From the NCBI RefSeq assembly GCF_000143415.4, contig NW_003314267.1:1371524-1435523 (forward strand): a stretch of 64,000 nt of DNA, written 5' to 3'. Both the position numbers and the translations under genes were made by a program. This document shows positions 1-11,396 of the stretch, one piece after another (position 1 is the stretch's first letter; every line of letters begins with the position of its first letter). The DNA is from Selaginella moellendorffii (taxonomy: Eukaryota > Plantae > Lycopodiophyta). The notes beneath the pieces were generated by a model, which saw nothing but the letters and a program-made list of their open reading frames with translations, had not been told where the DNA came from and ran no database searches.

Positions 1-36
1 GGCCAGGATTTCTTCTAGACGGGAATCAATGGCCAG

Positions 37-2547
37 ATGTCGAGCAGCCTGTCGCTTCTTTGTTCCAAGCAAGGCCCACTCCACGCGTTGAGGGCTTTTG
101 CGAGCGCTCATGTTCTTCACGTCGATAGGGCTCACAGCGAGGCGGATCTGGCACGCCAGTGCAACGATGCCAGAGATCTCTCCCATGCCCGCCAAATCCA
201 CGCTCGAATTCTCGCCACCGAGTGGCGCGGCAGCGTTTTCCTGGGAAATCAGGTCATTCATATGTATGGGCGATGCGGTAGCGTCGGCGACGCCGATCGT
301 GTGTTTCACGCGATGGAGCGGCGGAATCTCTTCTCATGGAACATCGCCCTCGCGGCATATGCCCAGAACGGGCATCTTGCCGAGTGTAATGCCGGGTTCT
401 CGAGGATTCCGGAATGGAATGTTGTGTCGTGGACGGTGATGATGGTGGCTTACACACAAAGAGGGAATGTCCAGGGCGCGAAGGAAACGTTCGATCAAAT
501 GCCGGAGCGGAATGTCGTGTCTTGGACGACCATGATCTCGCTATATGCCCAGTCAGGGCATTTCGAAGATGCCAAGAGAATGTTCTCTTTAATTCCGGAA
601 TGCACTGTGGTATCCTGGACGGTCATTTTCCAAGCCCACGTTACCAACGGCCAGATCGACAGCGCCAAAGCCGTGTTTGACGAAATGCCCGAGAGGAACG
701 TGGTCGCGTGGACGGCCATGGTCTCGGCATATTCCAACCTCCACAGGCCGGAAGATTCGCTCGCGTGGCTCAGCAGGATGCCACAGTGGAACGTGGTCAC
801 GTGCAACGTCATGCTGGACGGCTACGTGGCACGGGGCTTCTTTGACGACGCCGCCGCGCAGTTCCACGTCGTCCCCAAGGATGTGGTGACGTGGAACACC
901 ATGCTGACGGCATGCACGGAGCACGGCCACGTCGACCTCGCGGTTGAAATGTTCCACAGGATGCCGCAGCACACCGTGGTGACGTGGAACGCGATGATAG
1001 CCGGGTATGCCCGTAACGGGCATCTGGACGAGTCAAGGGCGCTGTTTGACTGCCTAGACGAACGCAACGCGGTGACGTGGACAACCATGATTTCGGCGTA
1101 CGCGCAATGTAGATTACTGCGGGAAGCCGCGGTTCTGTTCCACGACATGCCGCAGTTAGACGCACGGCCGTGGCACGTCATGGTTGCGGCATATGCCGAG
1201 GCAGGGCAGTTTGACGAGGCCAAGGCGCTGTTTGAGCAGTCCGACGCTCGGGATTCCACCACGTGGACGGCCATGATGGGCGCGTATGCTCACCACGGCC
1301 AGTGGGAACAATCCAAGGCCTTGTTCGATGGAATGCGGAGAAGAGCTGTGGAACCATGGAACAATTTGATCTCGGTGTATGGCCAATGCGGCTATCTGCA
1401 AGACGCGATCGAGGCATTCCATAAGATTCCCCACCGGGACGTGATCTCCTGGAACTCGATCCTCACGGCCACCGCGCAAAATGGACGCCTGGACGATGCC
1501 GAGGAGCTCTTTCGCCAAATCCCCGAGACGAATCCAGTTTCTTACAACATCCTCCTCCAGGCGCACGCTCAATCCGGCAACATCGATCGAGCGCTCGCTT
1601 TGTTTCGATCGATGCCAGGGCTCGGGATCCTGGCGTGGACGGCGATGATCCTGCTCTACGCCAAGACCGGCAATCTGGACGACGCGCGGGAATTTTTCCG
1701 CAGAATGCCGCAGCGCGACGCCTTCTCGTGCATCACCATGATCATGGTGAGCGCGATGAAGGGGAATCTCTCGGAATCAAACCAGTGCTTTCGCGAGATC
1801 CGCTACCACAACCTCGCGTCCTGGACGACGCTGCTAGTGGCAAATGCCCAGAACGGGCATCTGGAGGTAGCGCGAGCGTTGTTTGATCTCATGCCCGTAC
1901 GAGACAACGTGTCATGGAACGCGATGATCACGGGCTACACCTCGAAGGGCGGTACGGAAGAGGCCCGGCGGATATTCGAGTCCATGCCGGAGCGCAACGC
2001 GGCATCTTTCGGCGCCATGATCTCGGCATATGCCCAGAACGGGTATATTCCCCAGGCGCGTGAGGTCTTCGAGAGTGGCGGCTCCTCCCAGCACGACGCC
2101 TGGAACGCCCTGATCGCGGCACTGGCGCGCGATGGCCACGCCGCCGACGCGATCCATCTCTCGCGCGCGATGGCACTCGAGGGCTACGCGCTGGATGGCG
2201 AGTCCTTCACGGCCATCCTCACGGCGTGCTGCCACTCGGGCAACATTGGGCGAGGGATCCGTGAGTTTGGATCGATCGTGGATCACGGGCTGAGCCCAAT
2301 TGGATCTCACTACTGCCGGATGATCGATCTCCTGGGGCGTGCCGGGGAGCTGGGCAAGGCGGAGGATTTGATCGCGGCAATGCCATTCCCGCCCTGTGAT
2401 GTGGCGTGGGGGACGCTCTTGGGTGCGTGTAAAGTCTCGCCAGATGTGGAGAGGGGGATGCGAGCGGCAGGGCAGGCATTGGAACTGGATGGCCAGAGAT
2501 CCGGCCCCTATGTCATGCTCTCCAACTTGTACACGAGAGAGGCGTAG
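37..2547 (+). CDS. PLS-class pentatricopeptide repeat (PPR) protein, E subgroup, no DYW domain
   Basis: 836-aa intronless ORF of tandem ~31-aa repeats (xNVVSWTxMIxAYAQxGHxxxAKxxFDxMP). Ends with FTAILTACCHSG...HYCRMIDLLGRAG...AWGTLLGAC...YVMLSNLY, the end of the PLS array plus a partial E domain. Confidence 0.95.
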   Translation: MSSSLSLLCSKQGPLHALRAFASAHVLHVDRAHSEADLARQCNDARDLSHARQIHARILATEWRGSVFLGNQVIHMYGRCGSVGDADRVFHAMERRNLFSWNIALAAYAQNGHLAECNAGFSRIPEWNVVSWTVMMVAYTQRGNVQGAKETFDQMPERNVVSWTTMISLYAQSGHFEDAKRMFSLIPECTVVSWTVIFQAHVTNGQIDSAKAVFDEMPERNVVAWTAMVSAYSNLHRPEDSLAWLSRMPQWNVVTCNVMLDGYVARGFFDDAAAQFHVVPKDVVTWNTMLTACTEHGHVDLAVEMFHRMPQHTVVTWNAMIAGYARNGHLDESRALFDCLDERNAVTWTTMISAYAQCRLLREAAVLFHDMPQLDARPWHVMVAAYAEAGQFDEAKALFEQSDARDSTTWTAMMGAYAHHGQWEQSKALFDGMRRRAVEPWNNLISVYGQCGYLQDAIEAFHKIPHRDVISWNSILTATAQNGRLDDAEELFRQIPETNPVSYNILLQAHAQSGNIDRALALFRSMPGLGILAWTAMILLYAKTGNLDDAREFFRRMPQRDAFSCITMIMVSAMKGNLSESNQCFREIRYHNLASWTTLLVANAQNGHLEVARALFDLMPVRDNVSWNAMITGYTSKGGTEEARRIFESMPERNAASFGAMISAYAQNGYIPQAREVFESGGSSQHDAWNALIAALARDGHAADAIHLSRAMALEGYALDGESFTAILTACCHSGNIGRGIREFGSIVDHGLSPIGSHYCRMIDLLGRAGELGKAEDLIAAMPFPPCDVAWGTLLGACKVSPDVERGMRAAGQALELDGQRSGPYVMLSNLYTREA

Positions 2548-2777
2548 ATTTTCTGTACGAGAGGATGGATTGATCAAAAACAGCCTGGATTTTTTCACAG
2601 CACAAGCTCAAGAACTGACACATTCGTTTCTAGAAGGATGAATCGATCTAACTTGTAAGACGAAGCTCAAGAACACAAACGCGATTTTAATATTTTTTTA
2701 CCTTTTTTCTTTTTTCTTTCGAACCAATAAAAACAATATCTGGTTAAAATCATAAAAATAGGAAATCATAAGTAAAT

Positions 2778-3100
2778 ACCTTTTGCACTCAGTTGCATAA
2801 TACGTACATGCATTGCAGCTTGACTCCCCTTCCATAAGCAAGAATAATCTCGCTAATCATAGTCAGTTGTGTCACTTTGGTCTAGTAGTTTTCCTTCTGG
2901 AGATACCTACAAATTTCCAACCTTAAGAAAAGAAGACAATTAAAAACCTACCTTACATCATCCCACAGAAAGATCCTCATACCCTTTTCATCGTGAGGGA
3001 AGTATTGCCAACCCACCCTGAACATCCTCTATTTCACTCTTCAGCTGGGGGTCTCCTCACCACATGTTTCAATCGCATCAGCATCTCCGAATAGTCCACT
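2778..3100 (-). pseudogene. Degenerate, deleted duplicate of the unknown gene at 4251-4723
   Basis: Colinear blocks shared with 4266-4715 (ttttgcactca, ccataagcaagaata, ttttccttctggagatacctacaaatttccaacc, catcccacagaaaga, gggaagtattgcc), with deletions. Confidence 0.6.
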
Positions 3101-4250
3101 CTTCTCACATGGTTTAAATTAAAACAAGCAACTGGTGTCGAGGGTATTCCTTGGGCCTTGATTGGTGAGTCTTGGATGAAGTTCCACGACCACCACAACT
3201 GATGCGGTCTTGTTTTACATCAGATCTCAGGAAGAGGAACGTACATCCTCCGGCTCGGAGACAACGTCTATAAACGTATGACATTCATGCTTCTTTCCGT
3301 AGTGACAGGCTACGGACAAGTGCTAGTACAGCTTTAGTTGTGGCTATCTTTATGGGGGCCCGATCTAGTGAGATTGCTCAACGATTTACCGCTATGTTTT
3401 GCTCTCAAACTGGAAAGACAAGCTCGCGCTTTGGATGCTTCTTCAATGCAGTTTTCTTCCAAGTGTCTAAGCCGAGAGAGAGGCAGTGACGAGAACAATT
3501 TCTCGCTTTGATAACATCTTCCATATCATTGGTACTCGGTGATGTCGAGGCACACAGATCCAAAGCCAGGGCACGAGTCTATTCACCCTGACGCCTTGCT
3601 GAAGTGTTACTTAAACCTTTCTGTGCTAAATATTTCCATCTGTCCAGAGATCTGAGATCTGTTCTTTGAAACGATGTTCAACGGCCATGTTTCTTGGAAC
3701 TCGTCTCAAAAATGTGACACAATAGCTTCCTTGATCCTGGAGACCAGAACTATTGATAATCAATTTTGTTATGGTATTGTTAGATTGATAGGCAACTTCA
3801 GGACGAACACTAAGCATCTGCAAGAAGGTATACTGTTTACGTAACATTTGAACCTTTGAGATTAGTTTTGTTCTCCAATGACAGGGAGAGAAGAATCACT
3901 AAAGGTTGTAGTTTTTGTGTTTGAATTGGTGGCTTATGAATCACGTATATCTGTCTGCAAAAAAGGCAAGTGTCAAACAGACTGAGAGCAAAAATCTCAA
4001 TCCCTAGACGACAGGAACCACCAGATCTGATGGAAGTCTGTGCTATAAAGTGCCTCCCAGGGACGCACAAAGGCCACGCAAATATTGATACAATTGCTGT
4101 GGAGAGAACTTCCATATATGAAGCAGGTAAACATCAAGTGTATTGATGTTCGCTACTCATGCAGGCTGAACCAAATAATAAAATAAATTTATATAATTTT
4201 TATATTTATTGCTAACCATACCACGTACCTAGGAATTCATAAAATCTTTA

Positions 4251-4723
4251 TGCCATAACTCTATACCCTTTTGCACTCAATTCCATAAGCTCTGCAAAAA
4301 TTGCATCTTGACTCTCCTGCCATAAGCAAGAATAGTTTCGCCAATCATAGTCAGTTTTGCCACTAGTTTGGACTACCGATTCCAATACTTTTCCTTCTGG
4401 AGATACCTACAAATTTCCAACCTCAAGAAAAGAAGATAAAAGAAAAACAGTTGAAAACCTACCTTCTGGACCAAATACCTCACATATACATGCTCCTCAT
4501 CATCCCACAGAAAGAGAGCCAGAGCCCTCATACCCTTTTCATCGGGAGGGAAGTATTGCCCTCCTTTGACAACCCAACCCTGAACATTTTCTATATCAAT
4601 CTTCACAGGGAAGTAATCCCTCTCAGTCACAGGATCGACGATGGGTGTCTCCTCGACAGAGAAATCCACCACATATCCGGGATGTTCCAACTGCATCAGC
4701 ATGCTCCGGATAGCTTCTTCCAT
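4251..4723 (-). CDS. Unknown small protein, probably two exons and possibly pseudogenised
   Basis: 116-aa ORF (MEEAIRSMLMQLEHPGY...) runs into a short GT..pyrimidine..AG intron-like tract (~4423-4462). The downstream exon frame has a stop. No recognisable domain. Confidence 0.35.
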
Positions 4724-5626
4724 CTTGACAAACCCTAAACCTGACCCTAGACACTTGAAAGGCTATTTGAGGCATTTGAAAAATACGCATCGTGTGTCCT
4801 ACGCCATGGCACTCCTTCCTCCCAGAAAATTGTGGCTTATCGAGGGTCCTTGAGAATTCCAGAGATTAAATGGATGCCAATCCATACATAGGTCCCTGCG
4901 TTGTTGATCATCCTTTAAAGAAAGCCTTTTTTTTCTTTCGACTCAATGGACTCACAATAGAATTTCAGGCCGGGACTTCTACTCGTTTAGTCTGTGTGAA
5001 TCAAAGGTCTGTCTGTGACAAAGGCAGAATTTGTATGTTCGTTGCAGCGATCTTGATGGTCTGATACCTATCACGCGAGAGCTTGACAACGACATAGGAA
5101 ATCCATGTAATGAAGCAAATGGAGCTCAGAAACGGGAGCCATCCGTGAAGAAGTTGGACAAGAAGAAGCCGAGATCTTCCAAGCTCGGCAGCAGCAAAAA
5201 AAAAAGAGAGTCACAAAGAAAGAGAAGGTGAGGAAGGAATAGGATAACAACAAGCGGGGAGAGGAGGAAGGAAAGCAAGGCGAGGAGGGGAAGAGGGGAG
5301 TTTCAAGCTTGAGAAAACGAGGAAGAGGAAGAAAGTTCGCCTATAGAGGAAGAAAGAGGACACTCCATGAGTTTATTTTGCTGTTTCATTGGATGAGACG
5401 TCCACGGCTCGAATCACATCGTTGTCTTCTTTCTTTTTTAAAATCTTTAGAGAGAATTTAGGGGTTTTGGCGCAGGGAGCTCAGGCAAGGGAATGCATGG
5501 GCTATGTGATCTTCATTGGGCTCGATTGGTCGCGCTTTAGATCACAAGCTACATTCATGAGGTATGGATCTTTACCGGGCTCGAGCGCTTGCGGTTCTTA
5601 TTGTCCTTTCTATCATATGACATAGC

Positions 5627-5668
5627 CACGTGGACCGTGACTATGCCACGTGGATGTCATACGTGGCA
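5627..5668. promoter_or_regulatory. G-box/ABRE cluster
   Basis: GCCACGTGG twice (CACGTG at 5627 and 5647) plus TACGTGGC, lying between two divergent candidate genes. Confidence 0.35.
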
Positions 5669-5899
5669 GTGTTTAAATCTTTTTGGCGGGATGGGCAAGA
5701 CGGCTGGGCGCTTGCTTGCTTCTGTGATGCGCCTGATGTCTCTATCGTGCTCAAGGTCATACTGTCAATGCTAGCAAAGGAAATCCCCTAACAGCAGATC
5801 TCTGGTGCTTTTTCATGCAGGGGCAGAGCCTGCCTTTCATGGGAAGTGACAACTATCTGATTAATTCTCTCGTCAGGCCGAGGGAAGGAATCCCCGCTC

Positions 5900-7582
5900 A
5901 GTTCCAGGTGTTGCTGCTCCCCAGATTCAAATGGCAATCGCAGGTTTGTTGCTTTAGCTTCATCACAGGACGAGGTTCTAAGTCTTTTTTGTTCTTTGTT
6001 CTAGGAATTATACAACATCAATGCTCGTGGAGATAACGTTCCCTTGGATGGAGCTCAGTCCCTGCTGCTCCCCAGCTTCAAATGGCAATCACAGGTTTGT
6101 TGCTTTAGCGTTATCACAGGACAGGTTCTAAGTCATTTTTATTTTTTCTTCCAGGAATTCTCCAACATCAATGCTCGTGGAGATGACGTTCCGTTGGATG
6201 GAGCTCAGTTCTTGCTGCTCCTCAGCTTCAAATGGCAATCACAGGTTTGTTGCTTTCCATAAGCTTAGCTTCAATGCAGGATGAGGTTCTAAGTTTTTTT
6301 ATTCTTTGTTCCAGAAATTCTACAACATCAGTGCTTGTATACTCGGAGGTAATGTTCCCTTGGGTGGAACTCGAGCTGCTACAAGCATTGTTCAAGAGTC
6401 GCTCATCATTGGCTCGACTGTAATGGTTTTACCGGCCTTTCATCTTGTGAGGTAAGTGGTAGTGTGACTTTTATTTGACTTGTGTTTGAATTGTTTCCCT
6501 CTGTTGCCAGTGCCAATCATAAGGGGAAAACTCGGGCCGACAAGATTGCTTGCTTTGAGATCGAGAGCTGCACTGGTGAAGTGAGTTTTTCAATGGAACT
6601 CTCAAGCCTTGTGAGCATACATCCAATTGGCTGCTGCCCCCACAAAGGCGAGTGCATAGATTCTGAAACTCCTATAATGTAGGACTTATAACGTTTTTTT
6701 TTTATCGTGCAGGATTCAAGCCCCTCCTTGAGGAGGTGGAGAGATATCTTCTGGGGCACAAGATCATCTCCATCTCTATTCCAAGCCAGCAAAGCCAGCT
6801 CATAGAGCATGGTGAGCATTCATTTAAAAAAGCAAGATTTCCTGGTTTTATTATTTGTTTCTTGTGTAGGAACTATTGGGCTAGCACTACTTTGCAAGCA
6901 AGGATTCTTGGTTCTCTTTGATTCCCTGACAACTGCAACTGAAGGTGATGGAAGTGTTGTTGAGATGAGAAGGAACGTGCAGAAGATTGTCGAAGTAAGA
7001 AGTGAGCCAAGACTTCGAGTTGGCTTTGCTGGGGAAGTAGCTGTGTGTCGTCAACTCATCAAGCTTTTGCAAGTGAAGCTGAGCAAGAAGGAGTTGACAC
7101 ATTGTGATGCCGTCAAGTTCATGATGAAGAAAGCAAACCTGTTCTCAAGCACAGATGGCAACTTCAGTGCATCTTTCTTCATCTACGATGAGAAGACACT
7201 AGTGATGATCAAGGATGAAGGCAACGGATTTAAGGCAACAGCGCTTACGAAGGAGCAATCAGTGTTGGTCATTGGTTCCGGAGCACGACAAGCACGAATG
7301 ATTCTTGCACAGCCGGTTCAAGGACAGAACCATGGGGAAGCAGCAAGTGTGGGAGAAGCTCTTTCTTTGGGTCTCGACGCCTTTGCTCAAGCTTGTGTTG
7401 AGAATCCAGAATGTGGAGGGGATTTGTGCGTCATTGACGGCAGCAGAAACATCGACTTTGGTGGAATGGAGTTCAAGAAGGCACTTGAAAGAGCAGAGTC
7501 GGATAACGTTTCCTTCCAGTATGCGAGGCGAGGAGTGCAAAGAAACGCGATGAACATCAATATTGCATTGTTTGGCAAACAG
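5900..7582 (+). CDS. Multi-exon divergent proteasome beta-subunit-like (Ntn-hydrolase, beta5-like) protein with long N-terminal extension; start codon and further 3' exons unresolved
   Basis: Frame-consistent exons 6005-6094, 6155-6244, 6315-6451, 6511-6647 (GC donor), 6713-6811, 6870-7582. Splicing gives ...LIEHG|TIGLALLCKQGFLVLFDS...VQKIVEV...GFAG...VIGSG...EALSLGLDAFAQACVENPECGG, colinear with beta5 HG|TTTLAF..DS..KK..AG..VGSG..RDAYSGG. Confidence 0.75.
5905..6340 (+). repeat. Tandem exon+intron duplication (~150-160 bp unit, about 3 copies)
   Basis: Repeated ctgctccccagcttcaaatggcaatcacag|gtttgttgcttt...cag|gaattc..caacatca; the 90-nt exons are phase 0-0. Confidence 0.85.
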
Positions 7583-9239
7583 GTAAACCTCTCATCTTTA
7601 GCTCTTTCTGCTCTAGTTTTTTACTCGTTTTTTCTCAGCAGAAAGCTGCTTCGGCCAGGGATTTTTCTGCGGAAAATGTCCAGAGCGTCAAAGAACAAGA
7701 AAAGGTTTACAATTCTTTTGCTATGATTTGCTTTAGCTCAAAAGCAATGTACAGGGACACAACCGAGGTGGTGCCACTCATTGCTTCCAAGAGTTCAACC
7801 AGCATCAGAGGTAAGCTTGTTCACTGTAGATTTCAGAACTTCAACATTCTTACAGGAGCATCACCAGCAGCCAAAACATCGACTCACGTGAATTGAAATC
7901 TACCAAAGCTGTGGATGTGCTAGTAATGGTGTGTTATCCTTTTCCTTTACTTTGTTGTAGCTCAGGATCAATGTATAGGTTCAAAACCGAGGAGTCTATA
8001 CGCTCGCCACTCATCGCTTCCAAGTCAATTACAAAACAAGGGAGTTCAGCAAGCACCAGAGGTAAGCTCGTTCATAGATTCAAGGAATTCTTACCACAAT
8101 ACATTCTTACAGGATCATCTGGTTCTCAAAAAAGTGTTGCATGATTGTCTGGTTCTAGTGAGGGTAAGTCTCAATCTCTAACTCCAGCAGCTACACTAAC
8201 ATACTTTCTCATACTACAAGCAGTGAAAAGGCTACGTGTTGGAACTGTATCTTCGAAGCATTAAGGTCTATTGAAAGTAAAATGGATGGAAGGTATGATG
8301 GATTGGAAATGTCAGATCGCAGTTAGAAGAAGAGGAACATAACCGTTAGTTCACCGAGAAGAAGAAGATAAGTGTTAGTTAAGCTAGAAGAAGAGGAAGA
8401 TAACCATTAGTTCCTCAGTTGCTTCTTTGTTTGTATTTTTTACTGTCGGGTAAAGCTTTTGAGATATTTGCTTGGCCAGAGGGTCAAAATTATGATCTCA
8501 CAATTTTCTATGCCCAACTGCATGGGATGGATGACCCACGCACTCGGCTGCGAGATGGAAGAAGGGTCATAGGGAAATGAATTCCTCTCTCGATTGCAGC
8601 TGTTCTTGAAACTAGATATTGTTGACAGGAAGCAATGGCAGCAGTTCTCTACGACTGGAGTGCCGCATCACCGTCGGATTTGAAGGTAACAATCCTTTGG
8701 TCACCATCCAAAGCTTGGAGCGTTGGCAAGTATACTCGAGCGGCATGAGCATTGGGCATTCAGCAAATTGATGCTATCCTCGGATCTTCGAGATGTATCT
8801 CAAGTGTGGGAGAAGCACTGGAAGAAATGGTACCAAGTGTGGTATGGCCAAGGTGGTGCAAAACCAACAAGTAGCTGGGAACAAGGTAGGAATCTTTCCC
8901 TCATGAACTAGGAACTTCGATAGAGAAAACGAAAGAGAACTTGCTGCGACAGCTTTTAGCGCTAGGCCACAGAGACAATGGTCTCTGGAGGAAGAGTTGA
9001 CATGAATGTCCAGCATTCCAAATTTTATTGCAAAGTGTATTATTTTAAGAGAAACTTTTCTAACAAGCTTTCAGGATCTTGTCTCCCCCTCAGTGGAGTG
9101 TGGAGGACCCGACCTCATTTAAGTCTTTGATCATTGGAAACTTCACCTGGAAATTTGAAAAAGGAAATAGAAAAAGGAACAAAATATGTTCTGGTTAATT
9201 TATGTAATAAAATTAATCTTGTGTTTATAAATTAGAAAC

Positions 9240-9414
9240 TGTGAGGGCCAAGTGTACGGCTATGATGCCGTATATTAATATTAGCGTAGTGGGATTTTGG
9301 TAGCCGTCGGATTGGTTTCAATCTGGACCACTCGCTCCTGTATATAAGTTAGGGTTTTTGGGCTAATGAATATGCATATTTCTGTATTCCCTTTCTATAT
9401 TCTATGCACTCACA
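9240..9414 (+). mobile_element. 5' LTR (175 bp) of Ty3/gypsy element A
   Basis: TGTGAG...CTCACA termini, TATATAA, followed by a PBS. Matching copy at 54518-54656; older relatives at 63581-63703 and 63757-63908. Confidence 0.85.
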
Positions 9415-9415
9415 T

Positions 9416-9433
9416 TGGTGGAGGTGAGGGGCA
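9416..9433 (+). promoter_or_regulatory. Primer-binding site of element A, tRNA-Ala-like
   Basis: TGGTGGAGGTGAGGGGCA 1 nt after the LTR; complementary to a ...CCUCCACCA tRNA 3' end. Confidence 0.6.
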
Positions 9434-9647
9434 CCTTTGATTGTCCCTGGGGAGTGCTTGGATTTGGGATTTCGGTTTAGATCTAGCTTTTGCATTGTCT
9501 AGATCTAGCTTTTTCCATTTCCTTTCTTTTGTTCTTTCCTTTTAGGATTTTGGTTTAGATTTAGCTTTTTGCATTGTCTAGATTTACCATTTCCTTCCAG
9601 CTTTTTGTCATTTTTCTTCTTTTGCTTTTTCTTTTTCGTTCATCTTC

Positions 9648-10580
9648 ATGGCCGATTTGCAATCTCCTCCTTTGACTCTAGAGCAGCAATTGGTTCAATT
9701 GTTTGATGCTATGCACTTGCAATTGAACAACTAAACTCAATTGATGGTGGCATTCACGGCATGTGGTCCAACTCCTTCTGCTCTTGGTGCCAATCCTCGC
9801 GTTCGGCCGGAGTTCTTTCGTGGGAATCCTGGGGATGATGTGTACCATTGGTTCGATCACTTCATGGTGATTACCACATATCATTCTTGGGATGATGCTC
9901 GACGTTTGCGTGAGTTTCCCACGTGTCTCCAAGGGACGGCGTTGCAGTGGTACAATGGATTGAGTGTGGCCACTCGTGGGGATTGGAGTGTTCTTCCAGA
10001 CATCTTCAAACGCGCCTTCGGACATGCCGACGACGGTGACGATGCCTTCCAACAATTGCATCGTCTTCGCCAAGGGCCATCTGAGTCGGTGATGCAATTT
10101 GGCGTTCGTTTCCGAAGTCTTTTGCTTCGTGCGGAGCCTAATATGTCGGAGCGGATCAAGCTAGGAATGTTGTGGCCAGCACTTCGTCAAGATCTTATTG
10201 GCCTTGTGCATGCACTTGCTCCTGCCACCCTTGACGATGCTCTTCGCTTGGCACAATGTTATGAGACGTCGCCTCTTCCACTTCTTGCTACACGTCCTTC
10301 AGCTCCACTTTCTATGAGTGATGGTCCTGTTCCAATGGAGGTTGATGCTGCTGCTACTCGAGTCCAAGGACAAGGGTGAGGACGTGGTCATGGCCGTGAT
10401 GTTCGTTGCTGGGCATGTGATGAAGTTGGTCATACTTATCGGTGTTGTCGGCGCTTTCCGGATTGGCGACCTCCATTTCCTGGGTGGAGACCTTGGCGTC
10501 AGCAACGTCCTGTTGGTGCTGCTGCGGTGGAAGGTTTGGATACCGAGGTGCATTCGGGAAACGAGGAGTCGCGCGAGTAA
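9648..10580 (+). pseudogene. gag: gag of element A (in-frame stops)
   Basis: Retrotrans-gag motifs (PEFFRGNP..WFDHF..LQGTALQWY..LRQGPSESVMQFGVRF), PVPMEVD, and a CCHC knuckle CWACDEVGHTYRCC after a premature TGA. Confidence 0.85.
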
Positions 10581-10619
10581 TGGAGGGACCTTGCGCGAAT
10601 AAGTTAGTGACCCCTCCAT
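10556..10619 (+). promoter_or_regulatory. -1 programmed ribosomal frameshift signal (G GGA AAC + H-type pseudoknot)
   Basis: Heptamer 10556-10562 in the gag frame, 6-nt spacer, stem1 10569-10577/10590-10598, stem2 10580-10587/10612-10619. The pol ORF is in the -1 frame. Confidence 0.8.
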
Positions 10620-11396
10620 CTTTCTTTCGGGAGTATCATCAAGGGGTTCACTCGGCACCGGTTCATCCAGTGTTTACTTTCCAAGCTCGTTTTTATAACA
10701 AGAGGTCTCCTATTCTTCTCTCCGTGTTGGTTGATACAGGTTCGAGTTTATCTTCTATTGCTCGACCTGTTGCCACACGTTGTCGTCTACACTTGCGTCG
10801 TGCGGTGGATCCAGTTTTCATTCTTTATGGCAACAGCCGTACACATGCATGTGCACAAGATGAGGCAGACCTGGTTGTGCGTGTGGGCGATCTCAAGCTT
10901 GAGTTGCAGTCGTTGCGGGTGGTGCCGAGTCAAGCTTTTGACCTCATTCTTGGTATGGATTGGTTGCAGTGCAATCATGCCAAATATGACTTTGAGGCTT
11001 CTCCCCCTTGTCTCATAGTTCCTTATGTTTCATCCATTCCTCTCACTTCCGTACTTCTTCGTCCCTCTACTTCTACCTCTGCTTCCATTACTGTTGTTCC
11101 CCCACTATTTCCTCTTGTGTTTCCATCTTGTTCTGCTCTTCCCTTTTCCGATCCCTCCGATGATCTTTGCGTTGCAGCTGTTGACCAGCTCATGAAGGAG
11201 TATTCTGATCTCTTTGAATTTGACCTATCGTCTGGGGACAAGATTGCCACACGTCATCCCATTCCAACCGGGGATGCTCATCCAATCAAGGTTCCTGTTC
11301 GTTGTTGGTCACCCAAGGAGATCAAGATTTTACGTGCAAACGTCAAGGAGATGTTGGAGAAGGGTGTTATTCAGAAGTCGCGGAGTCCTTGGGCAT
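10562..11396 (+). pseudogene. pol: pol of element A: aspartic protease and start of RT, truncated
   Basis: VLVDTGSS, FDLILGMDWL, HPIPTGDAHPIK, EMLEKGVIQKSRSPWA, then homology ends abruptly. Confidence 0.85.

Noticed and set aside
98-2641. Alternative-frame and antisense ORFs over the PPR gene
   Set aside because: Shadow ORFs of GC-rich coding sequence.
8600-8900. Possible second decayed proteasome-beta domain (SSVGEALEE)
   Set aside because: One short match in a stop-ridden frame.
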